The position numbers were made by a program, and so were the translations under genes. Source: Alphaproteobacteria bacterium (lineage in GTDB: Bacteria; Pseudomonadota; Alphaproteobacteria; RF32; CAG-239). Taken from it: a DNA stretch of 64,000 nt. Each line of letters begins with the position of its first letter. The stretch's first letter is position 1. The notes below the pieces were generated by a model. The model saw nothing but the letters and a program-made list of their open reading frames with translations. It was not told the DNA's origin and made no database searches. Positions 46,802-55,698 of the stretch are shown here, piece by piece. Location: NCBI GenBank assembly GCA_017479985.1, contig JAFVBL010000012.1, forward strand, positions 791 through 64,790. Direction: 5' to 3'.

Positions 46802-46878
46802 TGGCGCGCTCTGGGCGATTCGAACGCCCGACCCACAGCTTAGAAGGCTGTTGCTCTATCCTGCTGAGCTAAGAGCGC
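46802..46878 (-). tRNA. tRNA-Arg (anticodon UCU), CCA encoded
   Basis: Manual cloverleaf: acceptor GCGCTCT/AGAGCGC, D arm GCTC/GAGC, anticodon stem ACAGC/GCTGT with loop CTTCTAA, T arm GGGCG-TTCGAAT-CGCCC, discriminator G, CCA. Terminator AACCGCC-ttttt-GGCGGTT plus T-run at 46790-46766. Confidence 0.92.
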
Positions 46879-47061
46879 ATTGATAATATCAAAACAGAAA
46901 ATTACATAAAAAATAAACTTTGTCAATCATATTTTGCAAATTTCTTGCGAGATTTTTTATAAACAAAATTTCAACAAAAAATATTGACAAATATAAAAAA
47001 CAGTGTTATAAAGATAATGTTATTTCATATTATTTATTTACAAATTCAAAAACAAAAAAAG

Positions 47062-47856
47062 ATGGAAACAAAGAACATTATCAAGTACTCAGTTCTCGGT
47101 GTTGTCGCTCTCATCGCCGTGTGTTGCATTTTCTCGTCTTTCTTCGTGATCGATGCCGGTTACCGCGGTGTTAAGTCAACACTTGGCACTGTCGAGGAAT
47201 ACTCGTACCAGAACGGTGTCGGATTCAAGGCTCCCTTCATTACGAAGGTCATCGAGTTTGATGTCCGCACCAAGAAGATGAACGAGAAAACCTCGTGCTA
47301 CACTGCCGATATGCAAACGGCAGAAATTGACTACACTGTCACCTACAACCTGAAGGGAGACAATGTCCATATGCTGTATACTCAGGTCGGACAGGATTAT
47401 GAGGCCAAGAAAATCGTGCCTATCCTGAATGACGTGATTAAGAGCACCATCGGACAGTGGCAAGCACAGGAATTGGTGAGCAACCGTGACAGCGCCCGTA
47501 TCAGTGTAACTGCCGGCTTGCAGCAAAAACTTGATTCCCGTTATTTTGAAAACGTATCGTTTCAGTTTAACAACATAGACTATAGCGATGCGTTTGAAAA
47601 GTCGATTGAGGCAAAGGTCATTGCCGGTCAGCAGGCTGAAAAGGCTATCAACGATACAAAACGTATTGAACAAGAAGCCCACCAGAAAGTTATTGCCGCC
47701 GAGGCCGATGCCAAGGCTATGACAATCAAGGCTGAGGCTCTCGCCAAAAACAAGGGGCTGACCGAGTACGAAGCCGTACAGAAGTGGGACGGTAAATTAC
47801 CGACCTATATGTTCGGCGGTTCGGTTCCTATGATTCAGGTGCCGACAGGTAAGTAA
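47062..47856 (+). CDS. SPFH/band-7 (prohibitin-family) membrane protein
   Basis: The ORF track starts at 46984. I prefer METKNIIKYSVLGVVALIAV... (TM anchor) followed by the SPFH core (VIDAGYRGVKSTLGTV). The upstream region is A-rich with no SD. Codon usage differs from the neighbours. Confidence 0.8.
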   Translation: METKNIIKYSVLGVVALIAVCCIFSSFFVIDAGYRGVKSTLGTVEEYSYQNGVGFKAPFITKVIEFDVRTKKMNEKTSCYTADMQTAEIDYTVTYNLKGDNVHMLYTQVGQDYEAKKIVPILNDVIKSTIGQWQAQELVSNRDSARISVTAGLQQKLDSRYFENVSFQFNNIDYSDAFEKSIEAKVIAGQQAEKAINDTKRIEQEAHQKVIAAEADAKAMTIKAEALAKNKGLTEYEAVQKWDGKLPTYMFGGSVPMIQVPTGK

Positions 47857-47872
47857 ATGAGCTTTAATCCAT

Positions 47873-47917
47873 AAAGAAAGAACCTTATACCTCAAATGAG
47901 GAATAAGGTTCTTTTTT
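47873..47917. terminator. Bidirectional terminator between convergent genes
   Basis: AGAACCTTAT ... ATAAGGTTCT 10-bp stem flanked by an A-run and a T-run. Confidence 0.8.
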
Positions 47918-47959
47918 ATGCTCCGTCTACGGTATCGACCTGACGTGTGTCACATACGT

Positions 47960-48628
47960 CTATCTCTGATAACCGGTTTGCGCGACAGCCTGTTCCCAAC
48001 TGATGGTTTTGCCGGACCTGACCGCCTTTTGCACACCTTTGACTCTTTGCGTATTTTCCACCTGTCTTTTAACCGCCTCTTGCAATTGTTCCATTTGCTT
48101 TTCGGATAAACCGGCGCGTTTAGCCAAATCCCGACCGAGCTGGTCTATTTCTTCTTGCGATATTCCTTGCCCGACTTTACTGTACGCCTCATACATCTGA
48201 TTCCAATCTTCTTGTGTCAACTGAGGCGCCCCGTGCCCCAGTTTACCGTAATTTACTTTATCCGTACCGGCCTCACCGAGCGCCATTTTACCGTTCAAAA
48301 TATCTTCAGCCAGTTGATGATCCCGCATTTCCTGCGTTTCACCAACCTCTCGGCTCTCCGGTTTCAACAAGATTTTACCACCATCGGTATTATGCGAATC
48401 ATAATCTTGAATCGGTCTTTCGGAAAAATTCTCCATCGGTTGTTTTTTCGATTCGTTTTCGGCAACGCTTTTTGCCATACCGCCAATTCCCAGTACGGCG
48501 GCGATTGCTGCTGTCACTACACCGGCTTTTGCCATACCGGAATCTCTCAGCCATTCCATCATCTGATTTTTCTGTTCGGCATCTTCACGCATTGCCCTTT
48601 TCAAAAGTTCCGGATTAGGTTTCGTCAT
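47960..48628 (-). CDS. Hypothetical membrane-anchored protein (222 aa)
   Basis: SD GGAGGAG upstream. One TM helix (AGVVTAAIAAVLGIGGMA) and a charged Q/E-rich C-terminal region. No family recognised. The antisense 179-aa ORF has an implausible composition. Confidence 0.6.
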   Translation of the reverse strand: MTKPNPELLKRAMREDAEQKNQMMEWLRDSGMAKAGVVTAAIAAVLGIGGMAKSVAENESKKQPMENFSERPIQDYDSHNTDGGKILLKPESREVGETQEMRDHQLAEDILNGKMALGEAGTDKVNYGKLGHGAPQLTQEDWNQMYEAYSKVGQGISQEEIDQLGRDLAKRAGLSEKQMEQLQEAVKRQVENTQRVKGVQKAVRSGKTISWEQAVAQTGYQR

Positions 48629-48799
48629 ATTCTTTCTCCTCCAAAATATTTCATTATTGCTTATTATATCCTATATTCATCTTTTTGTCAATAATATTTA
48701 TTTTTTGAAATTATTGTTTATGATTTTGGGTTTTTACTTGAATTTTCCGCAGGTATCGGCTAATTTTTCGTTAATTTGAGAGTTTTTTTTGAGGGAACT

Positions 48800-50800
48800 A
48801 TGTCCGATTTATTTGAAACAAATACGTCATTATCAACACAAAGCAAGGCCGAATATACGGCAAACGACATCGAAGTGTTGGAAGGTCTTGAGCCGGTACG
48901 CCATCGTCCCGGAATGTATATCGGCGGCACCGATATTCAGGCAATGCATCATCTGGTGGCAGAAATTTTGGATAATTCTATGGACGAAGCGGTTGCCGGT
49001 TTTGCCAATCATATTGATGTAACCATAAATGCCGATTATACCGTAACAATCACTGATAACGGGCGCGGTATTCCGGTTGACGAGCATCCGAAATATCCGG
49101 GTGTGTCGGCTCTGGAAGTTATTTTGACGACACTCCATTCGGGCGGCAAATTCGGCGGCGGAGCATACAAGGTTTCCGGCGGTTTGCACGGCGTCGGCTT
49201 ATCGGTGGTGAACGCTCTTTCGGAAAAACTCACGGTTGAGGTTGCGCGCGACAAAAAACTGTGGCGACAAGAATATTCACGCGGCAAACCGATGACCGCA
49301 CTTGAATTTGTCGGCAACTGTCCGAACCGCCGCGGCACATCTATCACCTTCAAACCTGATGCCGAAATCTTTGAAGGCAACAATCAGTTTATAATCAACC
49401 GCGTGTATCGTATGGCACGTTCCAAGGCATTTTTGTTCAAAGGTGTGCTGATAAACTGGAAATGTGCGCCGGAGCTGATTGCCGAAGGGGATACCACCCC
49501 GCCGGAAGCGGAGTTGCATTACCCGAACGGATTGGCCGATTTTTTGAATATCCAAATCGGCGACCGTGCCACAATCAACCGTGCACCGTTTACGGGTGAA
49601 TCCGAACTCGCCAACAACGAAGGACGCGTTGAATGGGCAATTACGTGGCCTTTAGATGAAAAAGGCTTCTCTTATTCTTATTGCAACACGGTCATCACAC
49701 CGGACGGCGGCACACACGAAACAGGCTTTCGTTCGGCACTGACACGCGGTTTGAAAGAATACGGCGATATGGCAGGTTTCAAAAAAATATCGGCAATGAC
49801 CGCCGACGATTTACTCAGCGATGCCTGTCTGATGCTTTCGGTATTTATCACCGACCCGCAATTTCAGGGACAAACAAAAGATAAATTGACCTCAACCAAG
49901 GCGATTCATTTGGTGGAAACTGCGGTTAAAGATTCTTTCGACCACTGGTTGTCGAGCGATGTTGAAAATGCCAAAGCGTTGATAGAATATGTGTTGGAAC
50001 GCGCCGAAGCTCGTCGCAAAAAGAAAGAAGAAAAAGCACAGAACCGTAAAAGCCCGACAAAAAAATTACGTCTGCCGGGAAAATTGGCAGATTGTTCTCA
50101 GGCAGCGGCAGAAAATACCGAAATATTTATTGTTGAGGGAGATTCCGCCGGCGGCTCGGCCAAGCAGGGACGTGACCGCGTGACGCAAGCTATTCTGCCT
50201 TTGCGCGGCAAAATTTTGAACGTTGCCAGTGCATCGGTTGAACGAATTGCGCAAAATCAGGAAATTAAAGATATGATTGAGGCGCTCGGCTGCGGCGTAA
50301 AAGACAGTTATAATGATGATAATCTGCGTTATGAAAAAATCATTATTATGACCGATGCCGATGTTGACGGTGCACATATTACCTCGTTGTTGATGACATT
50401 CTTTTATCAGCATATGCCGAAACTGATAGAAAACGGACATCTGTATATTGCCACGCCGCCGCTCTATAAAATCGTGGCAGGCGGCAAAAACTATTATGCG
50501 CTTGATGACGAAGAAAAAGATAAAATCCTTGCCAAAGTCACAAAAGGCAACACCAAACCGGATATCAGCCGATTTAAAGGTTTGGGCGAAATGAGCCCGA
50601 CACAGCTCAAAGAAACAACAATGGATAAAAATAACCGTATTTTATTGCGTGTGATGATTCCGAGTACAGATACCGAAGAAGGCCGTGCCGAAGATTTTGA
50701 AACCCGTCGTCAGGTAGAGCGTTTAATGGGAAAAGATCCGGAACCGCGTTTTCGTTTTATTATTGAACGTGCAAAATTTGTTGACAACTTGGATATCTAG
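48800..50800 (+). CDS. parE: DNA topoisomerase IV subunit B
   Basis: Starts MSDLFETN... GHKL ATPase (EILDNSMDEA, GLHGVG), Toprim (EIFIVEGDSAGGSA) and PLRGKILNV. At about 666 aa it lacks the insert typical of proteobacterial GyrB, so parE is favoured over gyrB. Confidence 0.75.
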   Translation: MSDLFETNTSLSTQSKAEYTANDIEVLEGLEPVRHRPGMYIGGTDIQAMHHLVAEILDNSMDEAVAGFANHIDVTINADYTVTITDNGRGIPVDEHPKYPGVSALEVILTTLHSGGKFGGGAYKVSGGLHGVGLSVVNALSEKLTVEVARDKKLWRQEYSRGKPMTALEFVGNCPNRRGTSITFKPDAEIFEGNNQFIINRVYRMARSKAFLFKGVLINWKCAPELIAEGDTTPPEAELHYPNGLADFLNIQIGDRATINRAPFTGESELANNEGRVEWAITWPLDEKGFSYSYCNTVITPDGGTHETGFRSALTRGLKEYGDMAGFKKISAMTADDLLSDACLMLSVFITDPQFQGQTKDKLTSTKAIHLVETAVKDSFDHWLSSDVENAKALIEYVLERAEARRKKKEEKAQNRKSPTKKLRLPGKLADCSQAAAENTEIFIVEGDSAGGSAKQGRDRVTQAILPLRGKILNVASASVERIAQNQEIKDMIEALGCGVKDSYNDDNLRYEKIIIMTDADVDGAHITSLLMTFFYQHMPKLIENGHLYIATPPLYKIVAGGKNYYALDDEEKDKILAKVTKGNTKPDISRFKGLGEMSPTQLKETTMDKNNRILLRVMIPSTDTEEGRAEDFETRRQVERLMGKDPEPRFRFIIERAKFVDNLDI

Positions 50801-50803
50801 CCG

Positions 50804-51229
50804 ATGATTTGGGGACTGAAAACCGAAGCTGCTTTTGATGTATGGTCAATTGAACATTTGGTAATGGGTGTGTCGGTCGGTTGGTTTTCGATGCTGGTTG
50901 CGGCAAAGTTGGTCGGAAACGAAAAAATATCCGATAATCTGCGACTTAAAATCAGCTTTATCATCACACTGCTGGTGGCATATATGTGGGAAACTCTCGA
51001 ACACTATTTAGAAGTCGGACTTGCCGGTCAGACGGTTGCATATTGGCTGCAAGGCGTCGAACATTGGAGTAACCGGCTGATTTGCGACAATGTTATGGTG
51101 ATGAGCGGCTGGTGGATTTATCAGCAGAAAAACCGCGCCGTATGGTTTGCACGGATTTTTTCGATTATCTGGCTGTTTGTGCATATATTTATTTTCCCGC
51201 ACAGTATGTATTTGCACGAGTTGTTTTAA
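50804..51229 (+). CDS. Hypothetical integral membrane protein (141 aa)
   Basis: Four predicted hydrophobic helices. Begins 3 nt after the parE stop. No family recognised. Confidence 0.55.
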   Translation: MIWGLKTEAAFDVWSIEHLVMGVSVGWFSMLVAAKLVGNEKISDNLRLKISFIITLLVAYMWETLEHYLEVGLAGQTVAYWLQGVEHWSNRLICDNVMVMSGWWIYQQKNRAVWFARIFSIIWLFVHIFIFPHSMYLHELF

Positions 51230-51268
51230 CATAATATGCGTCGTTATCGGTGTTTCAAGAAAGAGTCT

Positions 51269-51445
51269 GTCATTCTTACGTAAGAGAGAACTTGTATGTT
51301 GCCGTGCATACTGTCCGTTTCTGTGTCTGAAGGAATAAAATAAAGTCATTCTCAGATGAGCGATAGCGAGAACCGAGGAGTCGAAGACATCTTTGGTCAA
51401 TCCCCGAAGAAAAAACACGTCATTCTTGCGCAAGCGAAAATATCC
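51269..51445. repeat. Cluster of REP-like units sharing GTCATTCT plus a short palindrome
   Basis: GTCATTCTTACGTAAGAGAGAAC (51269), GTCATTCTCAGATGAGCGATAGCGAGAAC (51345) and GTCATTCTTGCGCAAGCGAAAA (51419). Further hairpins extend to about 51635. Confidence 0.7.
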
Positions 51446-51637
51446 CGCCATACATATTCAATAATGGCCGATACATTATAAAGCCCGAGTCCGCACAGCA
51501 CCTCTAGAGATCGTCACGTCGTGCGATGCACTCCTCACGATGACAGTCTTTTTCTTTGAGGTTATAACACCCGAGATTACACAGCGACGCGGGAGATTCT
51601 TCGTTTCGCTGACGTTCCATTCACGATGGCGTGTTTT

Positions 51638-53317
51638 TTATCTCTCCAGTTTTTTGTAGCGAATCCGATGCGGATTGCAGGCATCTTCGCCGAGACGAAG
51701 TTTTTTGTTCTTCTCGTAATCCTCAAAATTGCCCTCAAACCACTCAACGTGACCATTATCCTCATAAGCCAAAATATGCGTTGCCAAACGGTCCAGAAAC
51801 CAACGGTCGTGAGAAGTTACCAACACACACCCCGGATACGCACTGATTCCTTCTTCCAACGAACGCAGAGTGTCTACGTCCAAATCGTTGGTCGGTTCAT
51901 CAAGCAAAATTACATTTGCCCCCTTGCGCAGCATCTTTGCCAAGTGTACACGATTGCGCTCACCGCCCGAAAGCTGCCCGACTTTCTTTTGCTGGTCTGT
52001 GCCTTTAAAGTTAAATTGTCCGACGTATGCACGCGAAGACACCTCATTTTTGCCGAGTTGAATCATATCCAAACCGTCGGAAATTTCTTCCCATACGTTT
52101 TTATCCGGACTGAGTTCGTCACGCGATTGGTCCACATACCCCAAATCTACCGTTTCACCGATTCGTATCGTTCCCGAATCCGGCTTTTCCTGACCGGTAA
52201 TCATTTTAAACAACGTTGTTTTTCCGGCACCGTTCGGTCCGATAATACCAACAATTGCGCCCTTTGGAATCTTAAACGACAAATCATCAATCAGCACGCG
52301 GTCGCCAAAACCTTTGGTCAGATGCTCGGCTTCAATCACCAAATCACCCAAACGCTCGGTCATCGGAATATTGATGTGTGCCGTCGTAATTTTTTCGCGA
52401 CTTGCCTGCGATAAAAGCTCATCATAAGCATTGATACGCGCCTTGGATTTTGCCTGACGCGCCTTCGGATTTTTATGAATCCACTCCAATTCTTGCGCCA
52501 AAGTGCGTTGACGTGCCGTTTCTTCACGAGCTTCCTGTTCAAGACGTTTTTGTTTTTGCTCAAGCCAAGAAGTATAGTTTCCTTCGTATGGAATCCCCTG
52601 CCCGCGGTCAAGTTCCAAAATCCAACCGGTGACATTATCCAAGAAATAGCGGTCGTGCGTCACCATTACCACCGTCCCGTTATAATCGCGCAAATGGTGT
52701 TCAAGCCACGCCACCGATTCGGCATCTAAGTGGTTGGTCGGCTCGTCCAAAAGCAACATATCCGGCTTTGAAAGCAGCAAACGGCACAGCGCCACGCGAC
52801 GTTTCTCTCCTCCCGAAAGTTTGGTAACATCTGCCTCCGCCGGCGGACAACGCAATGCGTCCATTGCAATCTGTACCGTGCGTTCGATATCCCAACCGTT
52901 CACGGCATCGATTTGCTCTTGCAACTCCGCCTGTTCGGCAATCAAGTCATTCATCTCATCATCGGTCATCGGTTCGGCAAATCTGGCGGAAACTTCCTCA
53001 AAACGCTGTAACAAACGTTGCGTTTCACCCAAACCGTCCATCACGTTTTCCATTACATTTTTATTCGGGTCAAGTTGCGGTTCCTGTTCCAAATAGCCTA
53101 CTTTTACACCGTCTGCCGCCCAAGCCTCGCCGTTAAATTCTTTATCTATGCCGGCCATAATTTTCAAAAGAGTCGATTTACCGGCACCGTTTACACCCAA
53201 AACACCGATTTTAGCCCCCGGCAGAAAAGAAAGTGTAATATCCTTAAACAGTTCTTTGCCTCCCGGAAAAACCTTGGTTAAATGTTGCATCACAAAAATA
53301 TATTGATAAGCGGCCAT
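51638..53317 (-). CDS. ettA: ABC-F translational throttle protein EttA
   Basis: 559 aa. Two ABC cassettes (GVNGAGKST / [14 protein letters not shown] signatures) and the typical EttA N-terminus ...[17 protein letters not shown]. Confidence 0.9.
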   Translation of the reverse strand: MAAYQYIFVMQHLTKVFPGGKELFKDITLSFLPGAKIGVLGVNGAGKSTLLKIMAGIDKEFNGEAWAADGVKVGYLEQEPQLDPNKNVMENVMDGLGETQRLLQRFEEVSARFAEPMTDDEMNDLIAEQAELQEQIDAVNGWDIERTVQIAMDALRCPPAEADVTKLSGGEKRRVALCRLLLSKPDMLLLDEPTNHLDAESVAWLEHHLRDYNGTVVMVTHDRYFLDNVTGWILELDRGQGIPYEGNYTSWLEQKQKRLEQEAREETARQRTLAQELEWIHKNPKARQAKSKARINAYDELLSQASREKITTAHINIPMTERLGDLVIEAEHLTKGFGDRVLIDDLSFKIPKGAIVGIIGPNGAGKTTLFKMITGQEKPDSGTIRIGETVDLGYVDQSRDELSPDKNVWEEISDGLDMIQLGKNEVSSRAYVGQFNFKGTDQQKKVGQLSGGERNRVHLAKMLRKGANVILLDEPTNDLDVDTLRSLEEGISAYPGCVLVTSHDRWFLDRLATHILAYEDNGHVEWFEGNFEDYEKNKKLRLGEDACNPHRIRYKKLER

Positions 53318-53330
53318 TTCTTACTCCTTT

Positions 53331-53891
53331 CTAACGGCTGAATTGTTGAGCATAAGCATTGTAACGCGCATCAATAAGCGGTACTTTTTCGACATTCTGC
53401 GTATTTTTTTCCGCTTGTGCAAGAGATTTTTTATACTGCGCATCCATTTTTATAAATGCCTCACGGTCTTTAACATACAATTTTGAAGCATCATAAGGTT
53501 TGCGCGGTGTAATAATCGTTCCGTCATACATTTTAATTTTGCCGTTGGCATATAACACACTCTTAAATATTTTCTGATTATTGAATGCCGGCAAAATTTC
53601 CGCACAATCGGCAAATTGATTTATTTCCGCTTCGGTGAATGCATCAACTTTGCCCATACTGTATTCGCGCATACCGCGTTTTTGTGCCGCCGCATCGGTT
53701 GCCTTGCTGACAATCAAAGCCCGAGACAGCAGTTCAAATTGATGATATTTCTTTGACTTACACGCCAAACCCTTACCGGACATCATTCCGAGTGAATACA
53801 TTTCTTCTTCATACGTCGGCTTTTCATACGATGCCTGAGCCGATTCGCTTATCAAACAAAACAAAGCGGCAAAAATCAGAATTTTTTTCAT
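53331..53891 (-). CDS. Secreted hypothetical protein (186 aa)
   Basis: Signal peptide MKKILIFAALFCLISESAQA. Lies 13 bp upstream of ettA on the same strand. No family recognised. Confidence 0.6.
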   Translation of the reverse strand: MKKILIFAALFCLISESAQASYEKPTYEEEMYSLGMMSGKGLACKSKKYHQFELLSRALIVSKATDAAAQKRGMREYSMGKVDAFTEAEINQFADCAEILPAFNNQKIFKSVLYANGKIKMYDGTIITPRKPYDASKLYVKDREAFIKMDAQYKKSLAQAEKNTQNVEKVPLIDARYNAYAQQFSR

Positions 53892-54042
53892 AAATCTTCT
53901 CCGTAAATGCGCATTTTTACTCTTTTATAAGCCACAAAATTAAAATATATCTTAATTTTTGCGCTTTTTTCAAAAAAACGGTTGACAATTATGTATAAAT
54001 AGCTTACTTTTCGCTCAAAATGTTTTGTAAAGGAATAAAAAA

Positions 54043-54168
54043 ATGAAGTGTTACAGCTCTTTAAAATCTAAAAAAGTCCGCGACTTGAACTGCAAAATTG
54101 TACGCCGTAAAGGTCGTGTCTATGTAATCAATAAAAAGAACCCGAAGCTGAAAGCTCGTCAGGGTTAA
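54043..54168 (+). CDS. rpmJ: 50S ribosomal protein L36 (short, non-zinc-ribbon type)
   Basis: Not in the ORF track because it is under 60 aa. My own translation is [41 protein letters not shown] (41 aa), which fits the KxRxSxK...RRKGRxYVINKxNPxxKxRQG pattern. Confidence 0.9.
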   Translation: MKCYSSLKSKKVRDLNCKIVRRKGRVYVINKKNPKLKARQG

Positions 54169-54193
54169 TTGAGACAGGTCTCCTTTGTTATGT

Positions 54194-54225
54194 AACCTCT
54201 TTGCCTATTGCAGAGAGGTTTTTTA
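54194..54225 (+). terminator. Rho-independent terminator after rpmJ
   Basis: AACCTCT ... AGAGGTT stem followed by T6. Confidence 0.75.
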
Positions 54226-54311
54226 TTATGTTTTCGGCACAAAAAAACATCAGGCTTTTTGCACGATGGCTCCTGATGTTTGCTAAAAAAGTTATGTAGA
54301 ACCGTCTGCGC

Positions 54312-54581
54312 TCAGACAGTAACGATTTCTTGCCGAATGGCAATCACCGCAGGCCGAATCTGACGATCAGCCATCAATTCGGAGCACGCATCTACAAACT
54401 GCGTACGAAAATTTGCCTTCTTCTGACACTCGCGCGCCAAATATTGCTTACGCATAGGCACTTTGTCACTGGTAGAGACAAGAATGTCTCGAATGACTTG
54501 TTTCAGACCATATCTGTCAATGTCTGCCCTGAATTTGGCACAGAACGTATGGTCCAACTTCATTTTTTCTGTTTTTTCCAT
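54312..54581 (-). CDS. Hypothetical protein (89 aa)
   Basis: Clean ORF, divergent from the 261-aa orphan across a 227-bp AT-rich spacer. No family recognised. Confidence 0.45.
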   Translation of the reverse strand: MEKTEKMKLDHTFCAKFRADIDRYGLKQVIRDILVSTSDKVPMRKQYLARECQKKANFRTQFVDACSELMADRQIRPAVIAIRQEIVTV

Positions 54582-54808
54582 TGAAAATAATAATAAATTT
54601 GTAAAACATATAGTGGGCTAAAAATTTCTAAATTATAAAATTGACAAAAGTAAAAGTAACACCTTTCACTACAAATTGCAAGATTTAAATGCAAAAAATT
54701 TACAAAAAAAATGTTTAACCTTCTTGACAAATATTAAGAAAAAATGTTAAAAAAGCAGATACGTGTAAATCATTATGACTATTATCAATCCCCAAAATAT
54801 ATATATTT

Positions 54809-55594
54809 ATGAAACAAAAAAAGTATGATGTTGAAGGTATGTCGCTTAAAGAGTATCGCGACAATTTCGGAAAAGAAGTATCTCTCGATGTATTGAAGCG
54901 AGCTTACGGTTATTCTCAAATCGGACACTTGCCGCCCAACGCACTTTCCACAGCCGTAGCCATTTATGCCGAACCGTTCAAACAACACAATTTTTTGCAA
55001 CTCGGTTTAATGGCAGAAAAGGAGCTGAATGCTGTCACTATCTGGAATTTGCAGACGGAAACGGTTACCGCACAGCGTGCACTTTTGTCCGGTGAGTGGG
55101 ATTTTCATAACCGCGCAATGTGCATTGCCCGTTTGGGTGAGAACTATGTTTGCACACGTCGCACCACACTCGACTTTCCGAGTGACTTAATTATCGGCGT
55201 ATACGAGCATCGGCATCGTTTTGCGGCAGTGGTCAGTCTGGAACAAAAACCGGAATCGGTGCTGGGCTTGTCCAAAGTACAAGAAGTGGCGGATATTATG
55301 GCAAAAAATGCGTTGGCATATTATCCGGAATATCTGGAGCTGAAAAAACGCTATGAGCGTATGCAGTCCACTCAACCGCAATATGCCAAGTATCACAAGC
55401 CCGAAAAATTGGTTGCATTTCTGCTCCAACGGCCGCTACGCTTTGTCAAAGGCATCAACAATACAAACAGCGTCTTTTATAACCCTGAGCGCGCTGTTAC
55501 CGTCGATGCTTTTCTGAAACAACGCGGTGAAGAACTCAAACAACAGCTGAACCTTGTCAGTGTCGAACTTTTCGGAGATTTTGAACATCTTTAA
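54809..55594 (+). CDS. Hypothetical protein (261 aa)
   Basis: Clean ORF with normal amino-acid composition. No signal peptide or TM helix, and no motif I can place. Confidence 0.55.
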   Translation: MKQKKYDVEGMSLKEYRDNFGKEVSLDVLKRAYGYSQIGHLPPNALSTAVAIYAEPFKQHNFLQLGLMAEKELNAVTIWNLQTETVTAQRALLSGEWDFHNRAMCIARLGENYVCTRRTTLDFPSDLIIGVYEHRHRFAAVVSLEQKPESVLGLSKVQEVADIMAKNALAYYPEYLELKKRYERMQSTQPQYAKYHKPEKLVAFLLQRPLRFVKGINNTNSVFYNPERAVTVDAFLKQRGEELKQQLNLVSVELFGDFEHL

Positions 55595-55698
55595 ATTTAA
55601 TCCCTGCCGAACCGTTATGGTTTTGCGGGGATTAAATTTTTATATTTTGATTTTTAGGAAAATATGTGCTACACTATCTCATAACAAAGAGAGGAAAG

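Noticed and set aside
46984-47061. N-terminal 26-codon extension of the SPFH ORF, and the overlapping 84-aa ORF at 46920-47174.
   Set aside because: The extension is translated from AT-rich promoter-like DNA (TTGACA...TATAAA lies inside it). The protein makes sense starting at METKNIIKY with its TM anchor.
51008-51451. 147-aa minus-strand ORF spanning the end of the membrane-protein gene and the repeat block.
   Set aside because: Its sequence just reads through the GTCATTCT/palindrome units, giving repeated RLRKNDV-like peptides. It also overlaps a better plus-strand gene. It is most likely an artefact of the repeats.
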